Shown here piece by piece: positions 10,470 through 22,120 of a stretch of DNA of 64,000 bases; the first letter of the stretch is position 1; every line of letters starts with the position of its first letter. The stretch lies in assembly GCA_965248355.1 (NCBI GenBank), contig OZ252098.1, positions 3,776,001-3,840,000 on the forward strand, in the 5' to 3' direction. The DNA comes from Candidatus Latescibacterota bacterium. GTDB lineage: Bacteria; Latescibacterota; UBA2968; UBA8231. The notes under the pieces are model-generated. The model was given only the letters and a program-made list of their open reading frames with translations. It ran no database searches and was not told where the DNA came from. The translations under genes were made by a program, and so were the position numbers.

Positions 10470-13400
10470 TCACGGGCCGGTTCGGCCGTGGATCGCCTCG
10501 ATGCGCTCGCGGGCGGCGCGTCCGTACTCGCTGGAGGCCCCTTCGCGGTTGATGATCCTCTGATAGATGCTGCGCGCCTGATCGAACTCGCCCAGTTGCT
10601 CGTGGCAGCCGGCACGCTGGAAGTCCGCGGAGTTGATCCAGTTGGTGCTGGCATCGGCGCCGTGGAAGGCGACCTGGGCGAAGGCCTGGATCGCCAGCCG
10701 GTACTCGCTCATGTTCTGGTAGGCCTGACCGATGTAGTAGCGGGCTTCGGCCGCGTCCTCCCCCTTCGCCCACTCCAGCACTTCCTGCAGGTAGGAGATG
10801 GCCGGTCCGTACTGGCCGGTCTCCTTGAGAATGTATCCGATCTCCAACTGCACCTCATGGCGGTTCGGGTGCCCGGGGAAGTCGCTCTCGATGCGCCGCG
10901 CCACCCGCAACGCCTCGTCCCACTGGTACAGCCGCGAGTAGCAGCGCAACAGCTTGTAGGCGGCTTCCTGGCGTTGCGCCGGCGTTGCCCGAGCCGACTC
11001 GAGGACGCGGCGGTAAGCACCCGCCGCGGGCAGCAGGTTGCCGAGGGTCTGGTGGAAGGCGGCCAGGCGCAGATGGACGTCGGCCGAGAAGGGAGAGTCG
11101 GGGTACTTGGCGGCGAAGTTGGACTGGGCCTGCAGGGCCCGGGCCGTGCTCTCCTCGCTCGGCTCGGAACCCATGCGTTCCCATTCGGCGGTGGCGGCCA
11201 GATAGGCGCCGGCCCCGGCCGGGTCGGAGGCCATGCGCCCCAGCAGTCCTTCCGAACCCTGATCCCCGGGGGCCTGGCCGGGCCGGCCGGCAGCCTCCTT
11301 GGCGACCTCGGCGAACAGCTTGCGGGCTCGTTCCCACTTGCGGGCTTTCAGCAGCGCCCGGCCCTCGTAGAGGCGAAACAGATGGGGCCACACGCCGTCG
11401 TCATCGTAACGCTTCCCGTGCTGTTTCGCCCAGCCCTTTGCCTCCTTCACCCGGCCCAGCTCGAACAGGCAGACCACGGCGCGGCCGACGCTGGCCTCCG
11501 TGACTTCGTCGCTGTCGAGCCGAGGCCCGTACAGGGCCCACGCCTTGCCGTAGCGCTGAGCCTGGAAGTGCAGGCCAGCGGCGCCCAGGCCGGCAGTGGC
11601 CGCCAGCGGACCACGCACCTTTGAGTACGCGGCCAGCGCCTCGTCGGCGCGGCCCAGGCGGCCGAGCAGCCGGCCCCGGGCCAACTGCAGCGAATCGGCC
11701 GAGCCGGCCCCTTCAGCCAGCAGCCGGTCGTAGAGGGCCAGGGCCGATGGGAGGTCCCCGGCCAAGTCATGGGCCCGCGCCAACCGGTAGCGCAAGGAAC
11801 CGTCGACATCGCCGGCGGGGTCTGTGGCAGCGAGAGAGGACAGCAACTCCCCGGCCCGGCGTGGTTTTCCCAGGCGGAAATGGATATCGGCCAGGAGTTC
11901 CTGCGCCTCCCGCCGGCCCTCGAAATCGGGGTATGCCAACACCAGCTCGCCGAGGGTTGTGGCCGCCTCCTCGAGCTTGCCCGCCTGCGCCAGGGCGCCA
12001 CCGAGGGTGGCCAGGACCTCCGGTTGCAGACCGCCGCCCGAGACCTGGGGCAGGAGCGCGGTCAAGGCGTCGATGGCCGCTCCGATCTGTCCCCTCCGCA
12101 ATCGCACGGTGGCCCGGCCGAAGCGGCCGTGGGGGGCCCAGCGGGTGTTCGGGGCCTCGCTCAGCAGCCGGGCGTACACGGAGTCGGCTGCGGCCAGCCG
12201 GGCGGTGTCGCCGGCCGCAGCCAGGAGCCGGCTGTCGGCAAGTCCGCTCAGAGCCCGGGCGCGGGCCTCGCGGGTGTCGTCGGACAAAGGGTTGCGCTCG
12301 AGGAATTCCGTGTACCCGGTTTCCAGGATCCGCGGCCTCTGGTCGTTCGGGGCGGCTTCGGCCATCGATTCCACACGACGAAGCAGAGCCAGCCTCGACC
12401 ACTCACCGTCACCGGACTCTCCGAGCAGGGAATCCTCGTGCAATGCCAGGGCGCGAAGGGAATCGCTGGCAGCCCTCAGGCCCTCGAGCTGACGCTGGCG
12501 TGCGAGTCGGTAGAGGCAGCCGGCCAGGTAGAAGCGGGCCTCGGGCGCCGACGGGTCGTCGGGGTAGGAAGCCGCATAGATCTTCCAGGCCCGCACCGCG
12601 CCGGGAAAGTTCTGATGGTCGCGCAAGGTCCGGGCCACCTCGAGCAGGACCTGCCGGCGAGGCACCCCGGTGAGTTCGTCCACCCAGCCCCGCTGCAAGG
12701 CCAGGGCGAGCCCTTCGGCGTCGGTTATCGTGTAATGGTCCAGATATTCGACCCGCTGTCTCACCGGCGAGGTTCGGGGATGGCGCGGAAAGCGGTCGAG
12801 GAAGGTGCCGTACTCGGCGATCGCCAGCCGGCGGGTACCGGCGCCGTCATAGGCGGCAGCCAGTCCGTACTGGGCTTCGGCGGCCACCGGGCCGGAGCCC
12901 CGGCTCAGTTCCGTGAATAGGCGGATGGCTTTGTCGTGGTAGCCGCCGGCGTCGTATACCTGTGCCAGGTGAAGACGGGTGAGATCTCGCTCGGCCTCCG
13001 ACTCCGGAAAGTCGTCGCCCAGGCGCTCGGCCTCATCCAGGTAGCGCAGGAACCAGGAGCGGGCCCGGGTCAGATCTCCCTGCCGGCGGTACAGGGCGCC
13101 GAGCTGGCGAACGGCGGCAGCCGAGTGCGGCGGGGGGGGCTCTCCGATCGAAGGACTCTGCACGAGCTCCATTAACAGACCCACAGCGGGTGCAAACCGC
13201 CCCACCTGTCCGAGAGCGATGGCGCGGCCCAGCATGGCCCGGCCTCGCACAGCCTCGTCTACGCCTGTGGCGGGACCGGGACGTGACAGCGGCTCGTAGA
13301 GAGCCAGGGCCTCCTTGTACCGTCCCACGAGGCGCAGAGCGTCGGCGTGGCCCAGCCGCGCCCTGGCGTTTCGCCCCGGGTCTCGGCTCCTCCGGGCCGC

Positions 13401-14240
13401 TTCCCGGTAGGCGGAAACCGCTTCCTCGTAGAGGCCGCGGTCCATGTAGTGGGCGGCCAGGATCAGGCGGGCGGAGTCGCTCTGGGCACTTTGTGGGAAG
13501 GCCCGATGCAGCCTCTTGAAGGCGGTGGCCCCGGCGGATGTGCGGCCGAGGAACAGGTGTATCTGCCCCGACAGCAGCAGGGCCTCCGGAGCTTCGGCGC
13601 TGCCCGGTGCGCCCTTCCAGATCTCGCTCAGCAGATCCTGGGCGGATCCGGGGTCGCCGCTGGCCAGGCGGATCCGGGCCAGGCGGAGACGCCCCCTGAG
13701 TGCTGCGCCCGCGGTGCCATACTCCGACAGCAGCTTGCCGTAGGCTCGCACGGCATTGGCCGCGTCGCCCGCCCGCCGGTAGTTGTCGGCGGACTGCAGC
13801 AGGGCGTTGGCGGCATAGGCGCTCTCGCTGTAGAGCCGCTGGACCTCTTCGAAAGCTTCGGCGGCCTCCTTGAACCGGTCGAGCTGCTGCAGGCAGTCCG
13901 CTCGTTCGCGACGGGCCTCGGCGGCCGCCAGGTGCTCGGGGTGGCGCTCGATGAAGCTCTCGTACGCGGGAACGGCCTCTGCGCACCGCGCGCTTCGCCC
14001 ATAGGAGCGGGCCAGCAGAAGCCGGGCCTCGGGTACGTTCCCATGACCCGGATGGTTCCGGATGAAGTCGGCGAATAGCTGGGCCGCGGTGGCGTAGTCG
14101 CCCATCTGGCGGTACAGATTGCGGGGCAGTTGCCAGTCGTCCTCGGCGTCCGGCCATGCAGGGACGGCCGCCAGGAGGGCGAGGCAGACGAGGGCGGAGA
14201 GGGAACCAATCCGGCAGGTCCCCGTGGTTGCTCGATCCAT
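10470..14240 (-). CDS. Large exported tetratricopeptide-repeat protein (1256 aa)
   Basis: Signal peptide LVCLALLAAVPAWP and many TPR/BamD-like helical repeats (e.g. AAQLFADFIRNHP, EARYYIGQAY). Confidence 0.85.
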   Translation of the reverse strand: MDRATTGTCRIGSLSALVCLALLAAVPAWPDAEDDWQLPRNLYRQMGDYATAAQLFADFIRNHPGHGNVPEARLLLARSYGRSARCAEAVPAYESFIERHPEHLAAAEARRERADCLQQLDRFKEAAEAFEEVQRLYSESAYAANALLQSADNYRRAGDAANAVRAYGKLLSEYGTAGAALRGRLRLARIRLASGDPGSAQDLLSEIWKGAPGSAEAPEALLLSGQIHLFLGRTSAGATAFKRLHRAFPQSAQSDSARLILAAHYMDRGLYEEAVSAYREAARRSRDPGRNARARLGHADALRLVGRYKEALALYEPLSRPGPATGVDEAVRGRAMLGRAIALGQVGRFAPAVGLLMELVQSPSIGEPPPPHSAAAVRQLGALYRRQGDLTRARSWFLRYLDEAERLGDDFPESEAERDLTRLHLAQVYDAGGYHDKAIRLFTELSRGSGPVAAEAQYGLAAAYDGAGTRRLAIAEYGTFLDRFPRHPRTSPVRQRVEYLDHYTITDAEGLALALQRGWVDELTGVPRRQVLLEVARTLRDHQNFPGAVRAWKIYAASYPDDPSAPEARFYLAGCLYRLARQRQLEGLRAASDSLRALALHEDSLLGESGDGEWSRLALLRRVESMAEAAPNDQRPRILETGYTEFLERNPLSDDTREARARALSGLADSRLLAAAGDTARLAAADSVYARLLSEAPNTRWAPHGRFGRATVRLRRGQIGAAIDALTALLPQVSGGGLQPEVLATLGGALAQAGKLEEAATTLGELVLAYPDFEGRREAQELLADIHFRLGKPRRAGELLSSLAATDPAGDVDGSLRYRLARAHDLAGDLPSALALYDRLLAEGAGSADSLQLARGRLLGRLGRADEALAAYSKVRGPLAATAGLGAAGLHFQAQRYGKAWALYGPRLDSDEVTEASVGRAVVCLFELGRVKEAKGWAKQHGKRYDDDGVWPHLFRLYEGRALLKARKWERARKLFAEVAKEAAGRPGQAPGDQGSEGLLGRMASDPAGAGAYLAATAEWERMGSEPSEESTARALQAQSNFAAKYPDSPFSADVHLRLAAFHQTLGNLLPAAGAYRRVLESARATPAQRQEAAYKLLRCYSRLYQWDEALRVARRIESDFPGHPNRHEVQLEIGYILKETGQYGPAISYLQEVLEWAKGEDAAEARYYIGQAYQNMSEYRLAIQAFAQVAFHGADASTNWINSADFQRAGCHEQLGEFDQARSIYQRIINREGASSEYGRAARERIEAIHGRTGP

Positions 14241-14328
14241 TCTCGGGGGTGTGGGTAGGCCGCCATGGCGGCAGTTTCCTGGATGAGGACGCCCGGCACC
14301 GGGCCCCTATATTCATCCGGTTTCCGCG

Positions 14329-14357
14329 AGTATACCGGTCATTCAGACCAGGGTCAA
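14329..14357 (-). promoter_or_regulatory. Sigma-70-type promoter for the TPR gene run
   Basis: Minus strand TTGACC-N17-TATACT, near consensus, about 90 bp upstream of the TPR ATG. Confidence 0.7.
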
Positions 14358-14360
14358 GAC

Positions 14361-15272
14361 GTGTCAAAGCAGTCACTTACGTCCGGGGCTGGCGAATTGG
14401 TGGAGAGCGCCCCGGCGAAGCTGAATCTGGGCTTGCGGGTGCTGTCGCTGCGGCAGGACGGGTTCCACGACCTGATCGGCCTGTTCCAGACCGTCAGCCT
14501 GGCGGACAAACTGCGTATGCGGCCCTCCCCCCGGCTCGAGGTGACCTGCTCCGACCCCAACGTCCCCTCCGGTCCCCGGAACCTGGCCTACCGGGCCGCC
14601 GAGCTGTACCTGCGGGAGGCCGGCGCCCCTCCCTGGCGCGTGCACATCGAGAAGGCGATTCCGGCCGCCGCCGGCCTTGGCGGCGGCAGCGCCGACGCAG
14701 CGGCTGTGCTCAGGGGCCTTGACCGCGCCGCCTGTCGCCCGGTCGGCCTGCCGGGGCTGGCGCAGATGGCGGAGCAACTGGGCTCCGACGTTCCCTTTGC
14801 TCTCGTTGGCGGAACCGCCCTGGTCGGGGGCCGGGGGGAGCGCCTGGTGCCGCTCCGGTGGAGCGAGACGTCGGTGTGGTACGTCCTCGTCTGTCCACCC
14901 GTTCCGGTCGACACCGGCTGGGCCTACGACGAGCTCGACCGCCAGCGGCAGGCCGGATCCATCGATTTGTCCAAACAGGATCCGTACCGTACGTTGTTGA
15001 ATCACGCACGCGGCGGGCTCGTCGACGCCAGCCGGCTGTGGTCGGTGCTGCACAACGACTTCCAGTCTCTCGTCGAACGCGCCAAACCCATCGTCGCCCG
15101 CGCCAGCCAGTTGCTGGCCGCCACGGATCCGCTGGCCCAGTCGATGTCGGGAAGCGGAGCTACCGTCTACGGCATTTACGACGACCGGACCGCCGCCAAC
15201 CGCGCCGTCTCAAGGCTGCGCGGAGCAGGCTTTCCGGTCTTTCTGTGTACGCCCTGTCCGCCGCCTTCGTAA
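14361..15272 (+). CDS. ispE: 4-diphosphocytidyl-2-C-methyl-D-erythritol kinase
   Basis: APAKLNLGL, KAIPAAAGLGGGSADAAA, GSDVPF and MSGSGATV. The start codon is uncertain (GTG 14361). Confidence 0.93.
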   Translation: MSKQSLTSGAGELVESAPAKLNLGLRVLSLRQDGFHDLIGLFQTVSLADKLRMRPSPRLEVTCSDPNVPSGPRNLAYRAAELYLREAGAPPWRVHIEKAIPAAAGLGGGSADAAAVLRGLDRAACRPVGLPGLAQMAEQLGSDVPFALVGGTALVGGRGERLVPLRWSETSVWYVLVCPPVPVDTGWAYDELDRQRQAGSIDLSKQDPYRTLLNHARGGLVDASRLWSVLHNDFQSLVERAKPIVARASQLLAATDPLAQSMSGSGATVYGIYDDRTAANRAVSRLRGAGFPVFLCTPCPPPS

Positions 15273-15292
15273 GCGGCCGAGAGGGGACAGGT

Positions 15293-15367
15293 TGCCCGGT
15301 CGTTCAACTGGTAGGACAACGGATTTTGGTTCCGTCTATCGAGGTTCGAGTCCTCGCCGGGCAGCCA
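15293..15367 (+). tRNA. tRNA-Gln (anticodon TTG)
   Basis: Acceptor stem TGCCCGG/CCGGGCA, anticodon arm ACGGA-TTTTGGT-TCCGT, T-loop GGTTCGAGTCC, encoded CCA. This is the usual position after ispE. Confidence 0.96.
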
Positions 15368-15387
15368 CTATTTCAAGAAGGTAGAGC

Positions 15388-16122
15388 ATGCCGGTTGACT
15401 TGAAGATCTATCAGCGCGAGACGATCGAACTGACCATCGAGCCGCGCCCCGAGCGCGGCAAGGGTCCCGTGGGACGCCTGCGGCGCGAGGAAGCCATGCT
15501 CCCGGGCATCCTCTACGGGCACAGGCTGGAGCCGCGTGCCTTCAAGATCGAGGCCCATGACCTGGAACGGGCGCTGGCCAGTGGAGGCCAGAACGCGATC
15601 TTCGTCCTCAAGGAAGAGGAGGATGGCAAGGCGGAGCGGGCGGTGGTGCGGGAGATCCAGTATCACAAGGTTCGCGGCCATGTCCTTCACGTCGATTTCC
15701 TGCGGATCGACCCCGACGAGGAATTGACCGTCGCCGTGCCGATGCAGACTACGGGCACACCCGTGGGCGTTCGGGTGGGCGGCGGTGCCGTGCAGCACAG
15801 CCTGACTTCGATCACCATGAGCTGTATCGCCTCCGAGCTGCCCTCCCAGGTCTCGATCGATATCTCCGACCTCGAAATCGGGGACAGCATCCACGTCAGC
15901 GACCTTCTCGAATTCGAGCCGCGCATCGTCACCGACGCCGGGGTCACGATCGTCAGCGTGTTGGCTCCGCGTCTCACGGTCGAAGAGGAGGAGGCGGCCG
16001 AGGCCGCCGAGGCCGCCGAGGAGGCCGGGGAGGCCGAGGAAGGCGAGGAAGGCGAAGGCGACGAGGACGGGGAGGCGGCCGAGGGCGGAGAGGCCGCCGA
16101 GGGCGCCGACAACCAGGGCTGA
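15388..16122 (+). CDS. rplY: 50S ribosomal protein L25/Ctc
   Basis: LPGILYG, VREIQYHKVRGHVLHVDFL, DISDLEIGDSIHVSDL and an acidic tail. Confidence 0.95.
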   Translation: MPVDLKIYQRETIELTIEPRPERGKGPVGRLRREEAMLPGILYGHRLEPRAFKIEAHDLERALASGGQNAIFVLKEEEDGKAERAVVREIQYHKVRGHVLHVDFLRIDPDEELTVAVPMQTTGTPVGVRVGGGAVQHSLTSITMSCIASELPSQVSIDISDLEIGDSIHVSDLLEFEPRIVTDAGVTIVSVLAPRLTVEEEEAAEAAEAAEEAGEAEEGEEGEGDEDGEAAEGGEAAEGADNQG

Positions 16123-16140
16123 GCCCGCTCGACGTCTCCG

Positions 16141-16752
16141 ATGGCCGTTGTCGTCGGTCTGGGGAATCCCGGTCCACGGTACGCCGATACGCGGCACAAC
16201 ATCGGTTTTCGCGTAGTCGAGGGCCTGCTGGCCGGACGAGGGAGATGGATGAGAGAAGAGAACGTGGAGACCTCGCGGGTGCGCGTTGCCGGCGAGGAGG
16301 TGTTGCTCGTCAAGCCCCTGAGTTTCATGAACCGCAGCGGCGACGCGGTTCGGGCCTTGCAGGAGCGCGCCGGGTTCGAGGCCGAGGAGGTTCTCGTCGT
16401 GCTCGACGACTTTCTCCTGGATTTCGGGCGCCTGCGGCTCCGACGCGGCGGCTCCGACGGCGGCCACAACGGTCTGGCCTCGGTGCTGGAGTGTTTGCAG
16501 ACGGATCAGGTTCCCCGCCTGCGGTTGGGCGTGGGACCCGTCCCGCCGGGGGACAGCGAGATCGACTTCGTGCTGACCCCCTTCGCCCCGGGCGAGGAGG
16601 TGGCCGAGCTTGTAGCGCGGGGTTGCGCGGCGACGCGTTGCTGGTTGTCGGAGGGCGTCGAGGCGGCCATGAACCGCTTCAACGGATGCCCGGCATTGGG
16701 GCGGGCGTTGCGGCCGCCCGTCGCATCCGAACAGGACAGGGAGGATAGGTAG
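16141..16752 (+). CDS. pth: Peptidyl-tRNA hydrolase
   Basis: [29 protein letters not shown] and [10 protein letters not shown]. Confidence 0.96.
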   Translation: MAVVVGLGNPGPRYADTRHNIGFRVVEGLLAGRGRWMREENVETSRVRVAGEEVLLVKPLSFMNRSGDAVRALQERAGFEAEEVLVVLDDFLLDFGRLRLRRGGSDGGHNGLASVLECLQTDQVPRLRLGVGPVPPGDSEIDFVLTPFAPGEEVAELVARGCAATRCWLSEGVEAAMNRFNGCPALGRALRPPVASEQDREDR

Positions 16753-16756
16753 GCTC

Positions 16757-18817
<2,061 letters not shown>

Positions 18818-18839
18818 TCGAAGCGAGGCAGACAAACGC

Positions 18840-19349
18840 ATGGCGAAGAAGTACGAGCTGGTCCTCATCCTGGATCCCCAGGCGGGCGACACGCAGTTGG
18901 AGACCGCCGTCGAGAACTACAAGAAGCGTCTGGAAGCGGCTGGTGCCGAGGTGGTGCAGGTCGTCAAGTGGGGTCTGCGCAAGATGGCCTACACTTCGAT
19001 CTCCCTGAGGCAGCGGCAGCAGGGGTTTTACGTCCTCTACCAGTTCACGGCAGAGAGTGAGCGGCTCGAACCGGTGGAGGAGGAGCTCAAGCTCGACGAA
19101 GCCGTCCTCCGGCACCTGGTAGTCGCCGTGCCGGGCGAGTTTCTGAACGTGCCGCAGCTGGCTCCGGAGAACGTCTACATCTACCAGTCCCCCGACCGCA
19201 GCCGCGACCGCCGCGGTCCTCGCCGTGACCGCGAGCGCCGCGACGACGGGCCCCCCCGCGCCGAGCGTGACCATGGGCCGGCGGAGAGCACCGCGGCTTC
19301 CGCCGAGGAAGGCTCCGGCAGCGGGGAGGGGGGCGAGGAGGCCGCCTGA
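18840..19349 (+). CDS. rpsF: 30S ribosomal protein S6 with long charged C-terminal tail
   Basis: [26 protein letters not shown] and [11 protein letters not shown]. Confidence 0.92.
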   Translation: MAKKYELVLILDPQAGDTQLETAVENYKKRLEAAGAEVVQVVKWGLRKMAYTSISLRQRQQGFYVLYQFTAESERLEPVEEELKLDEAVLRHLVVAVPGEFLNVPQLAPENVYIYQSPDRSRDRRGPRRDRERRDDGPPRAERDHGPAESTAASAEEGSGSGEGGEEAA

Positions 19350-19375
19350 GGCGAGGCTACGCGAGGGGTTGGCAC

Positions 19376-20218
19376 TTGTCCCTGCTCGCCAGTCTGGTCC
19401 TCGTGGCGGCGACGCTCCTGGGAGCGCGCCGGTTCGGAGTGCGCAGGGTGGTCCTTCCGGCCTGCCTGCCCATGCTGCTGTCCTTCAGCAGCGCCTTCCA
19501 TTGGGCCTCGGGCGTGGCCCCGGCGCCGTTGATCGGCTGGCTCGCTGCGCTCCAGGTCGAGCGGGGCCGCGGCTACGGCCAGATCATCGCCGTCGCGTCC
19601 CTGCCGGGTCTGGTGCTCGGCCTGTTGCAGGCCGGTGGCTTTCTGGGCTACGACGGTCAGCGGGAGCAGGTGGCGGCGGAGGTCAGGCGGTTCCTGCAGG
19701 GAAGCGGCACCGAGGTCCAGCTGGGTGACGCGGAGGTGCTCAAGCAGTTGGTGGAGATGGTCCTGGTTCTGCTGCCGGGAGTCGCCTATCTCTCCATCCT
19801 GCTGATCGCCGTCTGCGGGTATCGGCTGGCACAGGCCGCGAGTCAGTGGACGGGCACGACCCTGCCGCCCGCCGTGCCCCTGCGCCGCTGGCGGATGTGG
19901 GAGGAGTTGATCTGGGTCCCCATCGGCGCCCTGGCCCTGCTGCTGGTGGGCGGCGAGTCCTTTCGCGGGCTGGCCGTCAACGCCGCCGTGGTCATGTTGC
20001 TGCTGTACTCGGCTCAGGGACTGGGGCTGGCACGGCACCTGATGTGGCGCCTTGGCGCCCAGCGCTATCTCGTCGTTCTGGTGTACGCCTTGCTGGCTTT
20101 CACCTCCAGCCTCTCGGTGGTGGCCCTGGCGCTGTCGGGACTGGCGGACAACTGGTTTGACTGGCGCCGGATCGGACACCGGCGCGAGCGAGAATCCGAT
20201 CAGGAGATCGACAAGTGA
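19376..20218 (+). CDS. DUF2232/YybS-like membrane protein
   Basis: Multi-TM protein with YSAQGLG and GLADNWFDWRR, located between rpsF and rplI. Confidence 0.8.
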   Translation: MSLLASLVLVAATLLGARRFGVRRVVLPACLPMLLSFSSAFHWASGVAPAPLIGWLAALQVERGRGYGQIIAVASLPGLVLGLLQAGGFLGYDGQREQVAAEVRRFLQGSGTEVQLGDAEVLKQLVEMVLVLLPGVAYLSILLIAVCGYRLAQAASQWTGTTLPPAVPLRRWRMWEELIWVPIGALALLLVGGESFRGLAVNAAVVMLLLYSAQGLGLARHLMWRLGAQRYLVVLVYALLAFTSSLSVVALALSGLADNWFDWRRIGHRRERESDQEIDK

Positions 20219-20658
20219 AGATCATACTGCTCAGAGACGTAGACGCCCTGGGGTCCGCCGGCCAGATCGTGACCGTGGCCGACGGGTACGCCCGCAATTC
20301 CCTGATTCCGAAGCGGCAGGCGCTGCTGGCGACCGAGGCCAACGTGTCCCTCTTCGAGTCCAGGCGGCGGCAGCACGAGGCCGTCGAGGAGCGCGGGAAA
20401 CGCGCGGCCGAGGGCGTGGCGGCCGACTTGGAGAAGGCGTCGCTCACCGTTCAGGTCAAGGTCGGCGAAGGAGAGCGTCTCTACGGATCCGTGACCGCCC
20501 AGAACATCGCTGACCTGCTCAAGGAGCAGGGCCACGACGTCGACCGTCGCAGCATCGAACTGGAGGAGCCTATCCGGGCACTGGGCGTGTACAATGTGCC
20601 GGTGCAGCTGCATGCCGGTGTGAAGGCCGCCGTCAAGCTCTGGGTCGTGAAGGAATAG
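20215..20658 (+). CDS. rplI: 50S ribosomal protein L9
   Basis: MKIILLRDVDALG, VADGYARNSLIP, LYGSVT and PIRALG. Confidence 0.96.
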   Translation: MKIILLRDVDALGSAGQIVTVADGYARNSLIPKRQALLATEANVSLFESRRRQHEAVEERGKRAAEGVAADLEKASLTVQVKVGEGERLYGSVTAQNIADLLKEQGHDVDRRSIELEEPIRALGVYNVPVQLHAGVKAAVKLWVVKE

Positions 20659-20745
20659 GGCCTCGGCTCGCCCCGAAGCGGAGGAGCACGGTTCCGTGGC
20701 ATCCACTTGCCGCGGTCAGGGCCCTCCAGACAGGCCCTGGCGCTC

Positions 20746-21621
20746 GTGAAGGTGATCTTCCCCTGGCTGGGGTTCCTGCTGCTTTCCTCGTGCGCTCCCC
20801 AAGGCGAGGGCCCGGGGCCGTTCGAACGGACCGAGGAACGGGTCTGGCGCCTGGCCAACCGCAGCCACACCGGCGCCGACGGGATCTTCGTCCAAGCCAC
20901 CTTCAGGACGTTCGCCTACGAGATCGCCCGCATCTACGCCGAGGCGGAGATCGCCGGCCTCGGGCAGGAGCAGGTCACGAGCCGGTTGCGCGAGTTCGTC
21001 TACGCCTGCATCGACGCACCCTACCCCATGGAGGACGGCACCGACGTCAACAGCCTCTATTACCAGTACCTGGTCTACGTCAACCCCGAATTCGACGTCA
21101 GCAACCCCATCCAGAAGACCCAGTTCGACACCTGGCGCGCCCAGTATGTGCGCCGGCTCCTCGGTATCCTCTACGACAGCAAGTACCCCCTCCTCCGTCC
21201 GGTCTACGATGAGCGCTGGGGGTACGGGCTCTACAGCCGGCTGGTGTTCAGCATCTACATCGACGGGGAGGAGTCCGGAGCCCATCCCTACATCGCCGAC
21301 ATCGGCGACCGCACCTTTCTCATCGACGAAGGCGGCGTACGCCACGCACCTAGCGGGACCGCCGGGGCCTATCCGTACGAGTTCGATCGGCCCGATCACG
21401 ACCATCTGAAGAAGACGGCCGTCTATCGCCTCTACTTCCCCAACCGGCACCCTGACCGGAGCACCCCGATCCTGACCGCCGCCAGCAAACGCGTCTCTCT
21501 CGTCATCGAAGGTCTCGGCTCCGATCCCGAACGCCGGCTGGACTGGGACCTGCCTCTCTCCTACCCTCCGATGCCGGCCCGGCGGCTGGTCCCGCCCGTC
21601 GAGGCCGAGTCGACGCCCTGA
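20746..21621 (+). CDS. Hypothetical lipoprotein
   Basis: Lipobox-like LLLSSC after GTG 20746, with genome-typical GC3-rich codons. No family recognised. Confidence 0.6.
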   Translation: MKVIFPWLGFLLLSSCAPQGEGPGPFERTEERVWRLANRSHTGADGIFVQATFRTFAYEIARIYAEAEIAGLGQEQVTSRLREFVYACIDAPYPMEDGTDVNSLYYQYLVYVNPEFDVSNPIQKTQFDTWRAQYVRRLLGILYDSKYPLLRPVYDERWGYGLYSRLVFSIYIDGEESGAHPYIADIGDRTFLIDEGGVRHAPSGTAGAYPYEFDRPDHDHLKKTAVYRLYFPNRHPDRSTPILTAASKRVSLVIEGLGSDPERRLDWDLPLSYPPMPARRLVPPVEAESTP

Positions 21622-22020
21622 TGATCGATCGGCTGGGCGATCACCTCCCGCGCAAGGTGCTATGGCAGAGGAAGCTCTTCGTCAGCTGCTTCCTGTGATC
21701 TCCTCACCATGGCGGCGGCTGTCGCGTATTCGGCCTGGGTAAGCGAGAAGGAACGCGAGCGGGTGGAGCGGTTGGCGGCCCGCGCTGCGCCGGCTGTGCG
21801 AGAGCACCGGGCGGCCGACCATCCGACGCCGTCGCCCCCGGCTGCTGCCCGTGGACGTGCACACGGCCATCCTGCCCGTGGACAAGAGCCTGCGGGCCCT
21901 GGAACGCGACCGGGGGGATCCGGCCGCAGGCTGCGGCACTACCGGCTGTTCCTGGAGAGCAAGCCCCTGATCGACGAGTTGGAGCGCATCTGCCGGCTGG
22001 AGGAGCGCGGCCTCCGATAG
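21621..22020 (+). pseudogene. Frameshifted or degraded small gene
   Basis: ATG 21621 gives MIDRLGDHLPRKVLWQRKLFVSCFL* and coding-like text continues in other frames (MAAAVAYSAW..., RLLPVDVHTAILPVDKSLRALE..., YRLFLESKPLIDELERICRLEE). Confidence 0.45.
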
Positions 22021-22120
22021 AAGGAACCTGCCCCGGAGCCATCGCCTTCGGGGTGTCCGGAATCTCCGCCGTCGGCACCGCCCCGAGGCGCAGGGGACTT
22101 CCAGAGGCGAGCCCTCTCTG

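Noticed and set aside
15980..16110. GAGGCCGCC/GAAGGC short tandem repeats
   Set aside because: They encode the ordinary acidic Glu/Ala/Gly tail of L25/Ctc and are not a CRISPR array or VNTR system.
20697..20710. TGGCATCCACTTGC resembling a sigma-54 promoter before the lipoprotein gene
   Set aside because: The GG-to-GC spacing is 9 nt, not the strictly required 10.
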